From: Nitrosopumilus sp.
GTDB lineage: Archaea; Thermoproteota; Nitrososphaeria; Nitrososphaerales; Nitrosopumilaceae
Direction: 5' to 3'
Assembly (NCBI GenBank): GCA_965197525.1
Contig: OZ240211.1
Span: 864,001 to 928,000 of the forward strand
DNA length: 64,000 nt
The notes below the pieces were generated by a model. It saw nothing but the letters and a program-made list of their open reading frames with translations. It did no database searches and was not told where the DNA came from. The translations under genes were made by a program, and so were the position numbers. Shown here piece by piece: positions 31,802-43,276 of this stretch (within the stretch, counting starts at the first letter, position 1; the number at the start of each line of letters is the position of its first letter).

Positions 31802-32260
31802 TTATGTGTCGTCGGCAGTTGTCGTATCGTCAGTTGTTACATCAGTTGCCGCTGCTGCATCATCGGGTTTTGCATCATCTACTTTGGTTGATTTTCGTAC
31901 AACGTAATCAGGTTGCGGCTTTTGCATATCTTCAGAATTACAAAATGGTTTATAGTGATTCATGATTTTATTTACCACGTTCTTTCGGTAAATGTCATTT
32001 GACTCAAATAAAGGCAATATTGCCAAATGTAACGAACCATTGGAACCTAAATTCTGTGTCCAACACTTGTAACGGGGGTGTTGTATAAAAAACGACGGAT
32101 CGTCAGTTTTATCACAGTCACCAACATAACATATACTAAATTTATCAGCATTACGTAAAAGAATCAAATAAACTAATTTTTCCATAGGTGGGCCCCATTC
32201 TTCAAGAGGAATTGGTCCGAGAAACTCATATTGAAGGATTTGTATGCTCAATAAATTCAT
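31802..32260 (-). CDS. Hypothetical protein
   Basis: 152-aa ORF with low-complexity Asp/Thr tail. Confidence 0.7.
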   Translation of the reverse strand: MNLLSIQILQYEFLGPIPLEEWGPPMEKLVYLILLRNADKFSICYVGDCDKTDDPSFFIQHPRYKCWTQNLGSNGSLHLAILPLFESNDIYRKNVVNKIMNHYKPFCNSEDMQKPQPDYVVRKSTKVDDAKPDDAAAATDVTTDDTTTADDT

Positions 32261-32372
32261 TACAAGATACTCTCTTTTCTGCTTTTCTTAAAAAAAGTAC
32301 GTTATGGCATTAGTTGAGAAATAAAATTGCAGCTTGAAAAGATTAAATTCAAGGGTTATCGATTTCCAATAA

Positions 32373-32621
32373 ATGAAAGAACCTCACAACCACGCGCAAG
32401 TAGGATATTCTATGATTGTAGTCTCAGCAAGCCTTGCTGCAATTGCGCTTATAGGACTAGCGATAGGCGGAGACGTTCTTTTCTCAGACAACATACAAAG
32501 GGATAATACAAGTCATTTCAATGAATGCAAAGCTAACGACTTTCAGCCAGAAGACTGTATAAAATACAGAGACAGAATCAACAATGACATATCGGGAATT
32601 TATGTAGACTTTGATGAATGA
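32373..32621 (+). CDS. Small membrane-anchored protein
   Basis: TM helix plus Cys pair. Confidence 0.7.
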   Translation: MKEPHNHAQVGYSMIVVSASLAAIALIGLAIGGDVLFSDNIQRDNTSHFNECKANDFQPEDCIKYRDRINNDISGIYVDFDE

Positions 32622-32935
32622 CATCAAAAGTTAACAATCGCGATAGAATTCAAGTAAACCCAAAGATTATAGAATGACACCATCCGGGCATGTTTTTTAC
32701 GTTCAGTACGAGGTGTCATTTTAAAAGAATTTTGGAGTTTGGCCTATTTGTTAGCAAAAAACGTAATCAAGTACGAGTAAACATAACGGAAAAATAGAGA
32801 GATATCATTTACAAGATTGAGAATAATTAGAAATGTATGTATAATTAGCATTACATTTAAAATCTAAACATGTAGCGGCAACTCTAAAGACTGCATCATT
32901 GAAATAATAAAACAGCGTAAGATAAAATATAAAGT

Positions 32936-33622
32936 TTAGAAACCATTGGCATAGTCACTTAGCATATTTTGGTTTTTGGTAAGTTTATTCATTGCATAAA
33001 ATGCACCACCGACAATTCCTGCCTGATAGAAAGTATACAAGAAAACATTTGACACGGTGTGATCAGACTGTGTAAAGCTCAGAGCAAGAATTGTAAAGAA
33101 TATGAAAATGCCTACAAAAGTCATAAATCTGTTTATAATGCCATTATCCATTCCAACAAGTCGATGAGTTGCTGTTGCCATCAAAACGATACTGCTTATA
33201 ATCAGAAAAGTTGCGCCTCCATTTACCAGAATAAACTCATTTATCCAAGGTAAGATCTCACCATCAAAGGAGAGAATACCTGGGAGGATACTGCCACCGT
33301 TTATTGCAAAATTTACAGAGCTAAATATGCCACCTATAACAAAAAAGAATAGGAATACCTTGATAACTGATCTCTTAAGTGGACTGCGAATCTCTGATGG
33401 CGCTACGGCTCGTTGAGTAATTCGAACCCCGTAGATAAATCCCAGAATCATTGCAGGGACAAACATGATAGGAATCAGAAATGGAAAGTTTTGACTAAGG
33501 GAGGCGATCTCTGTACTAAAAACTAGAAATATTATGATTGCAATTGAAGCAGAGATGCAAGAGAACAACAAGTTCTGAGCAGTATGGCCTTTAGAACTTT
33601 GAGGATTATCCCAGTTATACAT
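32936..33622 (-). CDS. Multi-pass membrane protein
   Basis: About six hydrophobic helices. Confidence 0.8.
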   Translation of the reverse strand: MYNWDNPQSSKGHTAQNLLFSCISASIAIIIFLVFSTEIASLSQNFPFLIPIMFVPAMILGFIYGVRITQRAVAPSEIRSPLKRSVIKVFLFFFVIGGIFSSVNFAINGGSILPGILSFDGEILPWINEFILVNGGATFLIISSIVLMATATHRLVGMDNGIINRFMTFVGIFIFFTILALSFTQSDHTVSNVFLYTFYQAGIVGGAFYAMNKLTKNQNMLSDYANGF

Positions 33623-33725
33623 GATATCAGTTTTGAAGAAGATGATTAAACCACGAATCTAAAAATCATTTGGGTAAATAATCAATTCTGTTTACCCTTT
33701 TTAATGGAGACGCAGAGCATAACTC

Positions 33726-33938
33726 ATGAGAGTAGGCAAGACGCTAGTTACGCTAGGCTCAATTATCAGCGTGCTAGGGTTTATCTTTCATCTCCAAGGG
33801 CAGGCAGTACTAGGTCCAGAATCCTCGTTTATGTACTCGAATCCGGATTGGGTTACGCTAGGCATACAAATAATGATTACAGGATTTGTCATAATAGGCA
33901 TAGGCAGTGTTGTGATCATCAGAAAACAAGCTAGATGA
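33726..33938 (+). CDS. Small two-TM membrane protein
   Basis: GFIFHLQGQAVLGPESSFMY motif between two TM helices. Confidence 0.7.
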   Translation: MRVGKTLVTLGSIISVLGFIFHLQGQAVLGPESSFMYSNPDWVTLGIQIMITGFVIIGIGSVVIIRKQAR

Positions 33939-33951
33939 CCTCAAACAGAGA

Positions 33952-35202
33952 TTAGAAGCCTGCAGCCATTGGATCATCAGGTTTCATCATCTCCCGTAAC
34001 AGAATTGTTGCAAAACTACCACGAGACAAGGAAAATTCTACAACACTATCATTGCCATCGTCTGAAACAGAAGAGGAGTAATTAGAACACTGGATTGCTG
34101 CCTGTCTGAATCCCCCCTCACTGCTTGCCTCTTGCATCTCTTTGATAAAAAAATCTTTAGGAGAGATCTCTTCTTGCTGTAATACTTTGGATATGTGATG
34201 ATCAAATCTTGTTTTTTTGTAATATGAATAACCAACAAACGGCAATGCCAAATGCTGCTGATCCAAGCCTTGTGTATGCTTTCCTATGATTCCATGTTTA
34301 TCAAAACACACATCACCTTGATACGCATTAAACAGATCTTCGCCGTCTAAAAACGCAAAGCTAAGAGATTGGTTAAAGATAAAAGATTGATAGGCTTGAA
34401 TGTAAAATCGTCTTAGCGATACAGGAATGGAGCGTAATGCACGAATCGGATCATCGTGTTCAATGATCTCTTTTAGAACTATTCTTTCAATATCCATCTG
34501 TGGTGGAACTTGATCAAAATATTTTTTATAATTCTCTTTATCAGATAGTTTTTGGCGAATTTCGGTATTTTCTTTAGAATCATAAACTGATGTAAATGAT
34601 AAGATGAGTTCTATTGCTTGCGCAAAATCTCGTTGTAGTATGGCCTTGCCAATTAAATGAGTTACAGGTCGTTTTGAACCAAAACGCTGATATCCATAAA
34701 AATTCAAAACGCGGTCATGCTCTGTAAAATCAGATAGATTGCCCTTAGAGCCAGTAATTTTCAACGTAAAACGATTTCCCACCATATCTTTTTTTGAGAG
34801 AGGTTTTTTCACAAACCCAATCTTTTCAAGAGAGTATCTAGGAGTTGAAAAATCCTCAATCGGCTTGCATTTATTTTGAGAGCAGACAAACTGCTCAGTC
34901 ACAGCAGATGCGTCCTTTAACCCAAGAGATTTTAGTCGTATGCCCCTGTATCTGAAGATCTCAGAGAGTGCGTGGTTTGTGTCAATTCTACGCTTTTTTA
35001 GTTTGTATACAGCGTATCCTTCTTTTTCTTGGTGTTGTTGTTGTTGACGATGATTAATAGATGCGTGTATCTTCTCAGAGATTAGCTCATCTACTTTGAA
35101 ATCATCAGGCTCAACTCGAATTTTGCCTCCAACTCCATCAAATTGTGTGCTGTATACCGTAATACCTATTTGAGAATCTAGTGAAGGGACGGGTTGTGTC
35201 AC
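33952..35202 (-). CDS. truD: tRNA pseudouridine(13) synthase
   Basis: DFKVDE, GLKDASAVTEQ, GNRF, NFYGYQRFG, FSLSRGSFAT. Confidence 0.95.
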   Translation of the reverse strand: MTQPVPSLDSQIGITVYSTQFDGVGGKIRVEPDDFKVDELISEKIHASINHRQQQQHQEKEGYAVYKLKKRRIDTNHALSEIFRYRGIRLKSLGLKDASAVTEQFVCSQNKCKPIEDFSTPRYSLEKIGFVKKPLSKKDMVGNRFTLKITGSKGNLSDFTEHDRVLNFYGYQRFGSKRPVTHLIGKAILQRDFAQAIELILSFTSVYDSKENTEIRQKLSDKENYKKYFDQVPPQMDIERIVLKEIIEHDDPIRALRSIPVSLRRFYIQAYQSFIFNQSLSFAFLDGEDLFNAYQGDVCFDKHGIIGKHTQGLDQQHLALPFVGYSYYKKTRFDHHISKVLQQEEISPKDFFIKEMQEASSEGGFRQAAIQCSNYSSSVSDDGNDSVVEFSLSRGSFATILLREMMKPDDPMAAGF

Positions 35203-36863
35203 GTTATAGTCACTGTAACATATTTACTGACAGCGACATCTGGTAGTTGACCACCTAGAAGAATTTTGTAGGTTCCCGGCAATATGTCATTTGATGCGTA
35301 TATAACAACAGAGATTTGAGTAGGGGCAGCAGAGGTCCCATCGTTGGTATCATCATCATCATTATTATTATTATTATTAGCGCCGTCTAATTGGAATGTA
35401 GAAAAGGATTCGTCAAACGGCTGCACGCTGATAAGAGGAGAAGCAGAAGATGCAACCAATGATACATCTAGGACGTCTTGAATTGCAGCATTGTTAGGCG
35501 ATATTGCAAAGTCAAATAACTGCAAAGTGCCATTAGTCATACTAATATTAGTGCCAGACGGAAATGACACCTCAAGTGGCAATGGAACAGATGTATCAAC
35601 AACGCCTATATTATTTTCAACCCATTCAGTAAACCAAATCTTTTCACCATCAATTGCAAAGTCAAAGATTTGGGCAATACCGCAGTCATCAAACACTAGA
35701 CCGCTTGGAGCAACGCAGTCTCCCCAGCCAGGATTCTTTGAAGGAACATGGTACTCCACCAGAGATTGAGATACTGGATCCATTACTGAGATATTGTTAG
35801 CTGTCTGTTCGTTGAACACAACACGTCCCAAGGAATCAGACTCGATCCAATATGGTCTGGATATAGGGGATTGCACTACTCCCGTAAGATTGCCGTACGT
35901 GTCAGGTAGCGGGTTAGCAGTTACGTATTGAACGAACTCTTCAGTCACGGGATCAAAACTAAAGAAGGATGACGAAGTTGTATCAGCTAACCAAAGAGTG
36001 CCATCATCTGTAAAGGTAACGCCGTTTGGTGTATTCAATTCAAGAGGAAGTAGAAAAACGTCAATAAAGTTAGTCAAGGGAAGAAACTGTGAACCAGAGA
36101 TGGCGACTGCTGTACGATACTCATTTTGTTTGAATTTTACCAGGGCCCCACCTTGTTGGAATAACCAGTTTGTGTACCAGACATTATCATCAACATCTAA
36201 TGCAAAATCTGAAGTGGCAGAGTTATTCAGGGCAGATGGTATACTAAGATAATTTGCATCTTCTTGATTAGATGTAGGATTCATAAACGTAAGCTGATCT
36301 CCGGTAAAATCGTTAATAATTATTTGAGATCCGTCAACCAAGAGTTTTTGGGGCAGAGAATCACCGGTTGAAGGATAGGATAGCCGATTGTACTCTTCAT
36401 CAAATGTGGAGAATTGCCATACTATATCGTGTGCCTCATCAGTAAACCAGAGAGAACCGTCAGGTGCGTAATCCATTCCCCACATCATAGAACGGGCGCC
36501 AGGTGGCCAGGAAGGGTTGTCATATTCAGTAAACAACTCGGTAACAGGATTGAATTTTGCAATATTGCCGGTATTGGTCTGGGCAAACCAAACATTTCCG
36601 TCATAATCAGTTACAATAGCTAGTGGATTTGTACAGGGTGTAGGAATTGAAAACTCTTGAACATAGTCAGTGGATTCTGCAGTACCCGATCCACAAAACT
36701 GAGCGCGTTGATCATCAGGAAAATTATCAGCAGGAGTTCCGGTGATGGTTGTGGTAGGGGTGTCAGTAGAAGGAGGCGCAACCATCATGCTTTGTAATCC
36801 AAAACCAGAAGTTACCATAATTCCACCAAAGAACAGAACGACTAAAAGCCCCTTTTTCTTCAT
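35199..36863 (-). CDS. Secreted Vgb-lyase-like (NHL beta-propeller) protein
   Basis: Signal peptide; repeated DG.(V/L)WF motifs. Confidence 0.8.
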   Translation of the reverse strand: MKKKGLLVVLFFGGIMVTSGFGLQSMMVAPPSTDTPTTTITGTPADNFPDDQRAQFCGSGTAESTDYVQEFSIPTPCTNPLAIVTDYDGNVWFAQTNTGNIAKFNPVTELFTEYDNPSWPPGARSMMWGMDYAPDGSLWFTDEAHDIVWQFSTFDEEYNRLSYPSTGDSLPQKLLVDGSQIIINDFTGDQLTFMNPTSNQEDANYLSIPSALNNSATSDFALDVDDNVWYTNWLFQQGGALVKFKQNEYRTAVAISGSQFLPLTNFIDVFLLPLELNTPNGVTFTDDGTLWLADTTSSSFFSFDPVTEEFVQYVTANPLPDTYGNLTGVVQSPISRPYWIESDSLGRVVFNEQTANNISVMDPVSQSLVEYHVPSKNPGWGDCVAPSGLVFDDCGIAQIFDFAIDGEKIWFTEWVENNIGVVDTSVPLPLEVSFPSGTNISMTNGTLQLFDFAISPNNAAIQDVLDVSLVASSASPLISVQPFDESFSTFQLDGANNNNNNDDDDTNDGTSAAPTQISVVIYASNDILPGTYKILLGGQLPDVAVSKYVTVTIT

Positions 36864-36905
36864 AAAAAAAATATCGTGTCTTGTTATATTATCGTATACC
36901 CATGA

Positions 36906-37271
36906 TCACAGTAGCTTTAGATCGCCTGTGATCTTGTCAATTAAATCCCCGGGTGCGGGACCTATTGAGATGCATGTGATTGTGCCAGGTGAAATCTGAG
37001 TATGGCCTGCATCAGTTACCTCAGACCATGGAAGATTCAAGTCAATTGCACGTATCTTTACATCCTGCAGAATCTTAAGACTAGATACTTTGAGGACCAC
37101 CTTTGCTTGGGAGCCGTGTTCTGACTCCCACCACCGGTCGTACCATTGAGGATGAGAACGTTTAGCGTGCTCTGCTCCAAGAATACATGCATGACCTACC
37201 TGGGCTGCAATCTTACCTTTTCCCATTTTTAGATCAGTTCGTACTACTATTACCTGTTTAACATCAATCAT
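36906..37271 (-). CDS. pth2: Peptidyl-tRNA hydrolase Pth2
   Basis: KQVIVVRTDLKMGKGKIAAQVGHA; DAGHTQI. Confidence 0.95.
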   Translation of the reverse strand: MIDVKQVIVVRTDLKMGKGKIAAQVGHACILGAEHAKRSHPQWYDRWWESEHGSQAKVVLKVSSLKILQDVKIRAIDLNLPWSEVTDAGHTQISPGTITCISIGPAPGDLIDKITGDLKLL

Positions 37272-37313
37272 AATACTATGAAATACTAGTATTATGAAAA
37301 ACTTTGGAAGTAG

Positions 37314-38851
37314 GGCTTTGTCAAACCTGCAGTGGGCATTCTAGGTGGAAATTATCGATTGATGACATTTTGAGCTGTACCGCATCAGGAACGCAGACGC
37401 CGTGATGATTTAGTATATTTACATTCGTCCAAAAAATCTTATTTTTTAATCTGTTTGTGTAATAAATTGATCCTATCATTAATAAAGAGTTATTAATAAT
37501 TATAATTGGTGAAATATATGAATGAGACAACCGATACCTATGTTGAAGATATTGTCTTTGATGATGGTGAAAAAATTGAAATAGCATGTTCCTACCCTGA
37601 TGCAGAAACTGCTATAAAGGCTTTACATGACTCAACTGAGTAATGACAAAGCCTAAAAACCTCATTTCATTTTCTACTGATTTTAAAAAACAATATCCTA
37701 ATAGACCTAAACCTGTACGTAACGACATTGATAATATTATAAAAGAATTAACAAAAGTTGTTCAATATATTTTAAAAAATAATCTTCCATTTAGAAAAAT
37801 GAAAATGTCTATTAGAATAGAATATTCTAACGAAGCATTAAGTGTAATTATTTTACCAGTTCCTAGAATAATTATCAAACGTATTGAATAATTTACGTTT
37901 ACTTGCATTTTGAATTAATGTAATCCGCTTGTTATTTCCATTAATTTTAATTCCATATTTTTCACTCGAAGTTTTACCGTCTAACGCTTGATGTTGCCTG
38001 AAATAGGTATGATAAATCTCGTAACCCTTTAACAAAACAGTATCATTTGTTTTTTTTAGACCTCGCATTATCTTTTCTTTATCTCTAATCTCATCGTTCA
38101 GTCTTTCCATCTTGTTATTGTTCATGTCATCTTGTAGATGGATATATTTGATATATGATGTCCTATCTGCACGTTTAGCAGTCCAGAACTCTTTTTCGTA
38201 AGCATCAGGATATGATCCTAACTCATCTATGATGAACACTTTAGATCTTGTACCTGTTACGTCCTTAGATTTCCTTAGACCTAGTGCATATTGATGAATT
38301 GGACAAACCATTAGAAAATCAAACGTTTTTAGAACTGCCTCAATGGAAAAGACATTCATTACAATACACTGTCAGGGTTTTGCGTCTTATTGTAGAAACA
38401 TAAATGAAAAACATAAATGAAAAACATAAACAAGATTAATTCTAGATTACAAAAACTACTCAATACCAATGAATTTAAGACAATTAAGGAAGAAGTTGGG
38501 CAAATTAGAAATGAAGATATTCCTGCACTTGAATCCATTAGAAAACTTACTGCCGGTTTGGAAAAATCCAAAAATAAGAAGGTCGATTATATTGGATAAT
38601 TCTGATGAATACATAGAAGAAGGAGTCATTGAAAAACTCCATTATTCTTTAGAACTTCAAAAATTGACAAATGAGATGTCTTTTCATCTGGCAGATAGTA
38701 CAAGATGGTTACATCACTATTGTAAGAAAAATAATATCCCATTATCCGATCAGGATAGAATTAACGAAATAGTAGATTAGGTAATCAAATTAAATGATGA
38801 TTCCCACCAAAAATTTATGCCTAATTTTTCAACTGCAGGTTTGGCATAGCC
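37314..38851. mobile_element. Degenerate IS6-type element (1,538 bp) with transposase remnant and AT-rich passengers
   Basis: 20-bp imperfect TIR GGCTTTGTCAAACCTGCAGT / ACTGCAGGTTTGGCATAGCC (18/20); no clean TSD. Confidence 0.65.
37853..38359 (-). pseudogene. IS6-type transposase fragment
   Basis: NNNKMERLN...HQALDGKT...TLIQNAS matches C-terminus of 58604-59728. Confidence 0.8.
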
Positions 38852-38883
38852 TGAAATAAATAATTGATAAAGAGACAGTACCT

Positions 38884-40038
38884 ATGAAGTTTGACGTAGT
38901 GATAGCAGGAGGAAGTGTCGCAGGATTACTGTGTGCAAGGGAGATAGCATCAAGGAATTTTTCGGTACTTGTAATTGAAGAAGATTACGAGATAGGCACG
39001 CCTGAACATTGCGGAGGACTAGTGAGCATGGCAGGATTAAAAGAGCTTGGAGTGATTCCGTTTAGAAGAACATTTGATCACATGATAGAGTCAGCGGAGA
39101 TAGTATCTCCGAATGGAACTAGTTTTACCATCAACTCAGAGAAACAAAGAGTTGCAGAGATAAGCAGAAGAGAATTAGACAAACAGATAGCTTTTCAGGC
39201 CCAAAGAAATGGTGCGACTATCAAAGTTAGAACTAGTTTCCAAGAAAGAACAGAGACAGGAATCAGAACAAACAATGAAAAGATTGACTGTAATATCTTC
39301 GTTGATGCACGAGGGGCAGCATCACTGATACACAGAGACAGAACAGGAATGCTGCCGTCAGCACAATACGAGATATATGCTGACTGGATAAAGAAAGGAA
39401 AGATCAAAGTAATCTTCGATCAGATAAGATACCCAGGATTCTTTGCATGGATAATTCCATCTGATGAAGGAAGAGGAAAGGTAGGGGTTGCGGGAAGAGG
39501 AATCAATGTAGCTGAAACTTTGGATAAGATTCTCGAGGAACAAGGTAAACATGCAATCATAAGAAAGATCTTTGCGCCAATATGGATAAAAGGTCCAATC
39601 AAAGACTTCGTTGATGGTAGCACCACAACGGTGATAGTAGGAGATGCAGCAGGGCAGGCAAAACCAACTACGGCAGGCGGAATATTCACTAGCGGAATGG
39701 GTGGAGTGTATGCAGGGCAAGCAATATCAGAATTTTTAGAGACAGGTAACAAAAAAGATTTGGAAAAGTATCAAAAGAGATGGACTGCAAGATTTGGTAA
39801 AGAGTTTGACAAACAACTCCATGCAAGAAAGATATTAGAACGAATAGACAATGACACCATCGACAAACTATTTGAGGCAATTACACCTGATACCATAGAG
39901 GAGATCTCACAGAGAGATGACTTTGATTTTCATACCAAATCAATTATAAAATTAATAGGACTAAAGACCTCAATTAAGACTGCCAAAATACTAATCAGCC
40001 AAGAGATCAGAAAACTGCAAAGTGATAATAATACATGA
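38884..40038 (+). CDS. Geranylgeranyl-reductase-family FAD oxidoreductase
   Basis: DVVIAGGSVAG, HCGG, VGDAAGQAKP. Confidence 0.9.
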   Translation: MKFDVVIAGGSVAGLLCAREIASRNFSVLVIEEDYEIGTPEHCGGLVSMAGLKELGVIPFRRTFDHMIESAEIVSPNGTSFTINSEKQRVAEISRRELDKQIAFQAQRNGATIKVRTSFQERTETGIRTNNEKIDCNIFVDARGAASLIHRDRTGMLPSAQYEIYADWIKKGKIKVIFDQIRYPGFFAWIIPSDEGRGKVGVAGRGINVAETLDKILEEQGKHAIIRKIFAPIWIKGPIKDFVDGSTTTVIVGDAAGQAKPTTAGGIFTSGMGGVYAGQAISEFLETGNKKDLEKYQKRWTARFGKEFDKQLHARKILERIDNDTIDKLFEAITPDTIEEISQRDDFDFHTKSIIKLIGLKTSIKTAKILISQEIRKLQSDNNT

Positions 40039-40297
40039 TATGTGCAAGATTAGTTACAAGTGTTGATTGATAGATAGATAGATAGATAGACTGAATATGG
40101 CTGATAAAACATATTATCTGGATTTGTTATGTGAGGATGGAATCAGAAGAGTGTTTTGCTGTCACACAGCTTATTCAAAAAGTAATAGAAAAAGATGAAC
40201 TTTTTTTTAGAAAAATTTCCAAGCGGATTCAGATAACTATTAAGACTATTCCTTAGCATAAGGTATAAATGATGTTTGCAGAAAAATTCAATACAAC

Positions 40298-40477
40298 ATG
40301 TCGTCAACTATCTCATTACCAACGTGTTGCTGTTGTCACAGGCACATTATGCCTAATGATAAATGCGTAAAATTCAACTGTCCTAGTTGTGGCGTAGATT
40401 TAATTTGGAGATGTCAAAGTTGCAGAGAGTCAGCAAGAAATTATACATGCACTCAATGTAATTTTAGAGGGCCTTAG
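40298..40477 (+). CDS. DUF1610-type zinc finger protein (not in ORF track)
   Basis: 59 aa; F.CPSCG...IWRCQSCR...[11 protein letters not shown]; usual archaeal neighbour upstream of EF-1beta. Confidence 0.85.
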   Translation: MSSTISLPTCCCCHRHIMPNDKCVKFNCPSCGVDLIWRCQSCRESARNYTCTQCNFRGP

Positions 40478-40481
40478 AGAT

Positions 40482-40763
40482 ATGGCTCAATTACTACTAG
40501 TAGTAAAAATCCTTCCGTCTGGAACGGATGTAAACTTGGATAGCCTAGCTGAATCCATCAAGACAGCGCTAAAAGAAGGAATCGTCATGAAGAGACATGT
40601 AAAAGAACCATTGGCATTCGGATTAGAATTTATCAAAGCAGAATTCATAGTTGGCGATAAAGAAGGACAGATGGATAAATTAGAAGAATCTATCAGATCA
40701 GTTGACGGAGTAAGTGAATTTGAAGTACTCAATATGAGTAGAATGTCAGTTGATATGAAATAG
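40482..40763 (+). CDS. ef1b: Elongation factor 1-beta
   Basis: [19 protein letters not shown]. Confidence 0.92.
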   Translation: MAQLLLVVKILPSGTDVNLDSLAESIKTALKEGIVMKRHVKEPLAFGLEFIKAEFIVGDKEGQMDKLEESIRSVDGVSEFEVLNMSRMSVDMK

Positions 40764-40771
40764 GTGATTCC

Positions 40772-42958
40772 ATGATACGCAAAGAAGAAACTTTGCAGGT
40801 GAGGGTAGGAGAAGCAAAACAAAGAGACGTTGGAAAAAAACGTGCAAGAATTGGCACAGAAGCCATGGATTTTCTCAAAGTTAGTTCAGGCGATATTGTT
40901 GAAGTTTTGGGTTCTAGAACAAGTTGCGCAGTTGTTTGGCCGGTTGACGAAGATGAAAGATCAACTGATATAATCAGAATCGATGGGCAGACAAGAAAGA
41001 ATGTAGGTGCGTCACTAAATGACGTTGTAAAGATTAGAAAGGTGACATCAAAGATCGCAAAAACCATATCTTTGATGCCAGTTAATGATTCAGTTACAGT
41101 CGACAAAGAGTTTACAGATTTTGTAAAAAATAGATTAAAAGGAATGCCGATCGTTCACGGAGATGAGATCTCTGTAATGATTCTGGGAAATTCTATGGAC
41201 TTTAAGATTACAAAGACTACACCAAAAGGAGTAATCAAGATAGACCGTACTACAAATCTCAGCATCTCAACTGAGATGTCAGTTGATAGAAAAGTCAGGG
41301 TGACGTACGAGGAGGTAGGAGGATTAAGGAACGAAGTCAAGGCAATGAGAGAGATTGTAGAGCTGCCACTAAAACATCCAGAATTATTTGCAAGATTGGG
41401 AATTGAACCACATAGCGGAATACTGCTTTATGGTCCACCAGGATGTGGGAAGACGCTACTTGCAAAAGTTATGGCAAGTGAATCAGAGGCAAACATGTTC
41501 CCAATTAACGGTCCTGAAATCATGAACAAATATTATGGAGAGACAGAGGCGAAACTGAGAGATATTTTTAAAGAAGCCAAAGACAACGCTCCAAGTATAA
41601 TATTCATAGATGAAATTGATGCCATTGCGCCAAAGAGAGAAGAAGCATATGGTGATGTAGAGAAGAGAGTTGTGGCTCAATTACTGGCATTAATGGATGG
41701 CCTAAATGAGAGAGGCAACGTTATCGTACTAGGTGCAACAAACAGGCCAGACAGTATTGATCCAGCATTGCGAAGACCTGGTAGATTTGATAGAGAGTTT
41801 GAGATATCGGTACCAAATGAGGATGAGAGATTAGAGATTCTGGAGATTCATGCAAGAGTGATGCCGCTTAGTAAGGAGAATGACTTGAAGGCACTAGCAT
41901 CAGAGTTGCACGGATACACAGGTGCTGACATCAAATCACTATGTAGGGAGGCAGCACTAAAGTCAATTAGAAGATACATTCCAGAGATAGATTTAGAGAC
42001 AGAAAAGATCCCATCAGAGGTACTACAATCAATGCAGATTAAACCAATTGACTTTGAGGACGCAATGCATGAGGTTGTACCTACTGCAATGAGGGAGTTT
42101 TATGTTGAGAGATCAAAAGTATGGTGGCAGGATGTTGGAGGATTAGACGAGACTAAAAAATCTCTGACAGATAATTTGGCAGTTGCGATGAAAGAGCCTA
42201 GTAAATTTACAAAATTGGGAATAAGACCTCCAAAAGGAGCTCTAATTTATGGTCCACCAGGATGCGGAAAAACCCTACTAGGACGAGCACTAGCTACTGA
42301 GACTGGTGCAAATATGATTCTAGTCAGAGGTCCTGAAATACTCTCAAAGTGGCTTGGCGAATCAGAGAAGGCAGTCAGAGAGATATTCAGAAAGGCAAAA
42401 ACCTCATCTCCCTGCGTGATAATTTTTGATGAATTAGACTCACTTGCACGCTACAGATCAGGTGATAGCAGTAATAGTGGAAGCGGAGGAACAAATGAGA
42501 CCATTCTAAGTCAGCTATTAACTGAGATTGAAGAAGGCATATCATCCCGAGTAGTCATAATTGGAATCACTAACAGACCAGATGTTTTAGATAGTTCACT
42601 GCTAAGAACAGGAAGGTTAGATTTAGCACTTTATGTAGGGCCGCCAGATGAGAAAGGAAGATTGGAGATTATTAAGATCCTGACAAAAAAGATGCCGCTT
42701 GCAGGGGATGTAAAACTAAAAGAGATAGCAGTTGCCACTACAAATTATACCGGTGCAGATTTAGCTGCACTTTGTAGAGAGGCAGCAGTTGAGGCTATGC
42801 GAAACAATTCTGCAAAAATTTCTAGCCATGACTTTGCAAGCAGTTTGAAACAAGTCAAACCATCAATTACTAAAGAGATTGACCAGTGGTACAACACCGT
42901 AAAGGAAAGTATATCTAACGTCATACCCAAGTCAGGGGATAAATCATTTTACGGATGA
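40772..42958 (+). CDS. cdc48: CDC48/p97-family AAA ATPase
   Basis: Two [11 protein letters not shown] modules with N-domain. Confidence 0.97.
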   Translation: MIRKEETLQVRVGEAKQRDVGKKRARIGTEAMDFLKVSSGDIVEVLGSRTSCAVVWPVDEDERSTDIIRIDGQTRKNVGASLNDVVKIRKVTSKIAKTISLMPVNDSVTVDKEFTDFVKNRLKGMPIVHGDEISVMILGNSMDFKITKTTPKGVIKIDRTTNLSISTEMSVDRKVRVTYEEVGGLRNEVKAMREIVELPLKHPELFARLGIEPHSGILLYGPPGCGKTLLAKVMASESEANMFPINGPEIMNKYYGETEAKLRDIFKEAKDNAPSIIFIDEIDAIAPKREEAYGDVEKRVVAQLLALMDGLNERGNVIVLGATNRPDSIDPALRRPGRFDREFEISVPNEDERLEILEIHARVMPLSKENDLKALASELHGYTGADIKSLCREAALKSIRRYIPEIDLETEKIPSEVLQSMQIKPIDFEDAMHEVVPTAMREFYVERSKVWWQDVGGLDETKKSLTDNLAVAMKEPSKFTKLGIRPPKGALIYGPPGCGKTLLGRALATETGANMILVRGPEILSKWLGESEKAVREIFRKAKTSSPCVIIFDELDSLARYRSGDSSNSGSGGTNETILSQLLTEIEEGISSRVVIIGITNRPDVLDSSLLRTGRLDLALYVGPPDEKGRLEIIKILTKKMPLAGDVKLKEIAVATTNYTGADLAALCREAAVEAMRNNSAKISSHDFASSLKQVKPSITKEIDQWYNTVKESISNVIPKSGDKSFYG

Positions 42959-42970
42959 TGATGAAGATAA

Positions 42971-43273
42971 ATGGCAATACCAATAAGAAACACAGTATAC
43001 GAAAAGATACAACAGGCAAATACACTAACGGATGTTGAGCTCTACAAAAATCTAATAAAAAACGGACATGTTATTGCAGATGACAGATTCAACAAGATAC
43101 TTTTAGATTTGGAGATTCTAGGCCTCATAAAGGTATCATGGGTTACAAAAGATGAACGCAGAATACAGATTACATCAGGAGTAGAAGAAAAAGAGATGGA
43201 TAAAATCGAAGAGCAGAACAAACAGACAATAGAAAAAGATTACGAAGCCAGTTTCCCAGGTGTAGATAAGTAA
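42971..43273 (+). CDS. Hypothetical winged-helix-like protein
   Basis: 100-aa ORF. Confidence 0.7.
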   Translation: MAIPIRNTVYEKIQQANTLTDVELYKNLIKNGHVIADDRFNKILLDLEILGLIKVSWVTKDERRIQITSGVEEKEMDKIEEQNKQTIEKDYEASFPGVDK

Positions 43274-43276
43274 CTA

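Noticed and set aside
40069-40090. (GATA)5 microsatellite; also ATA runs near 12470 and poly-Glu codons near 45760
   Set aside because: Short low-complexity tracts with no supporting context.
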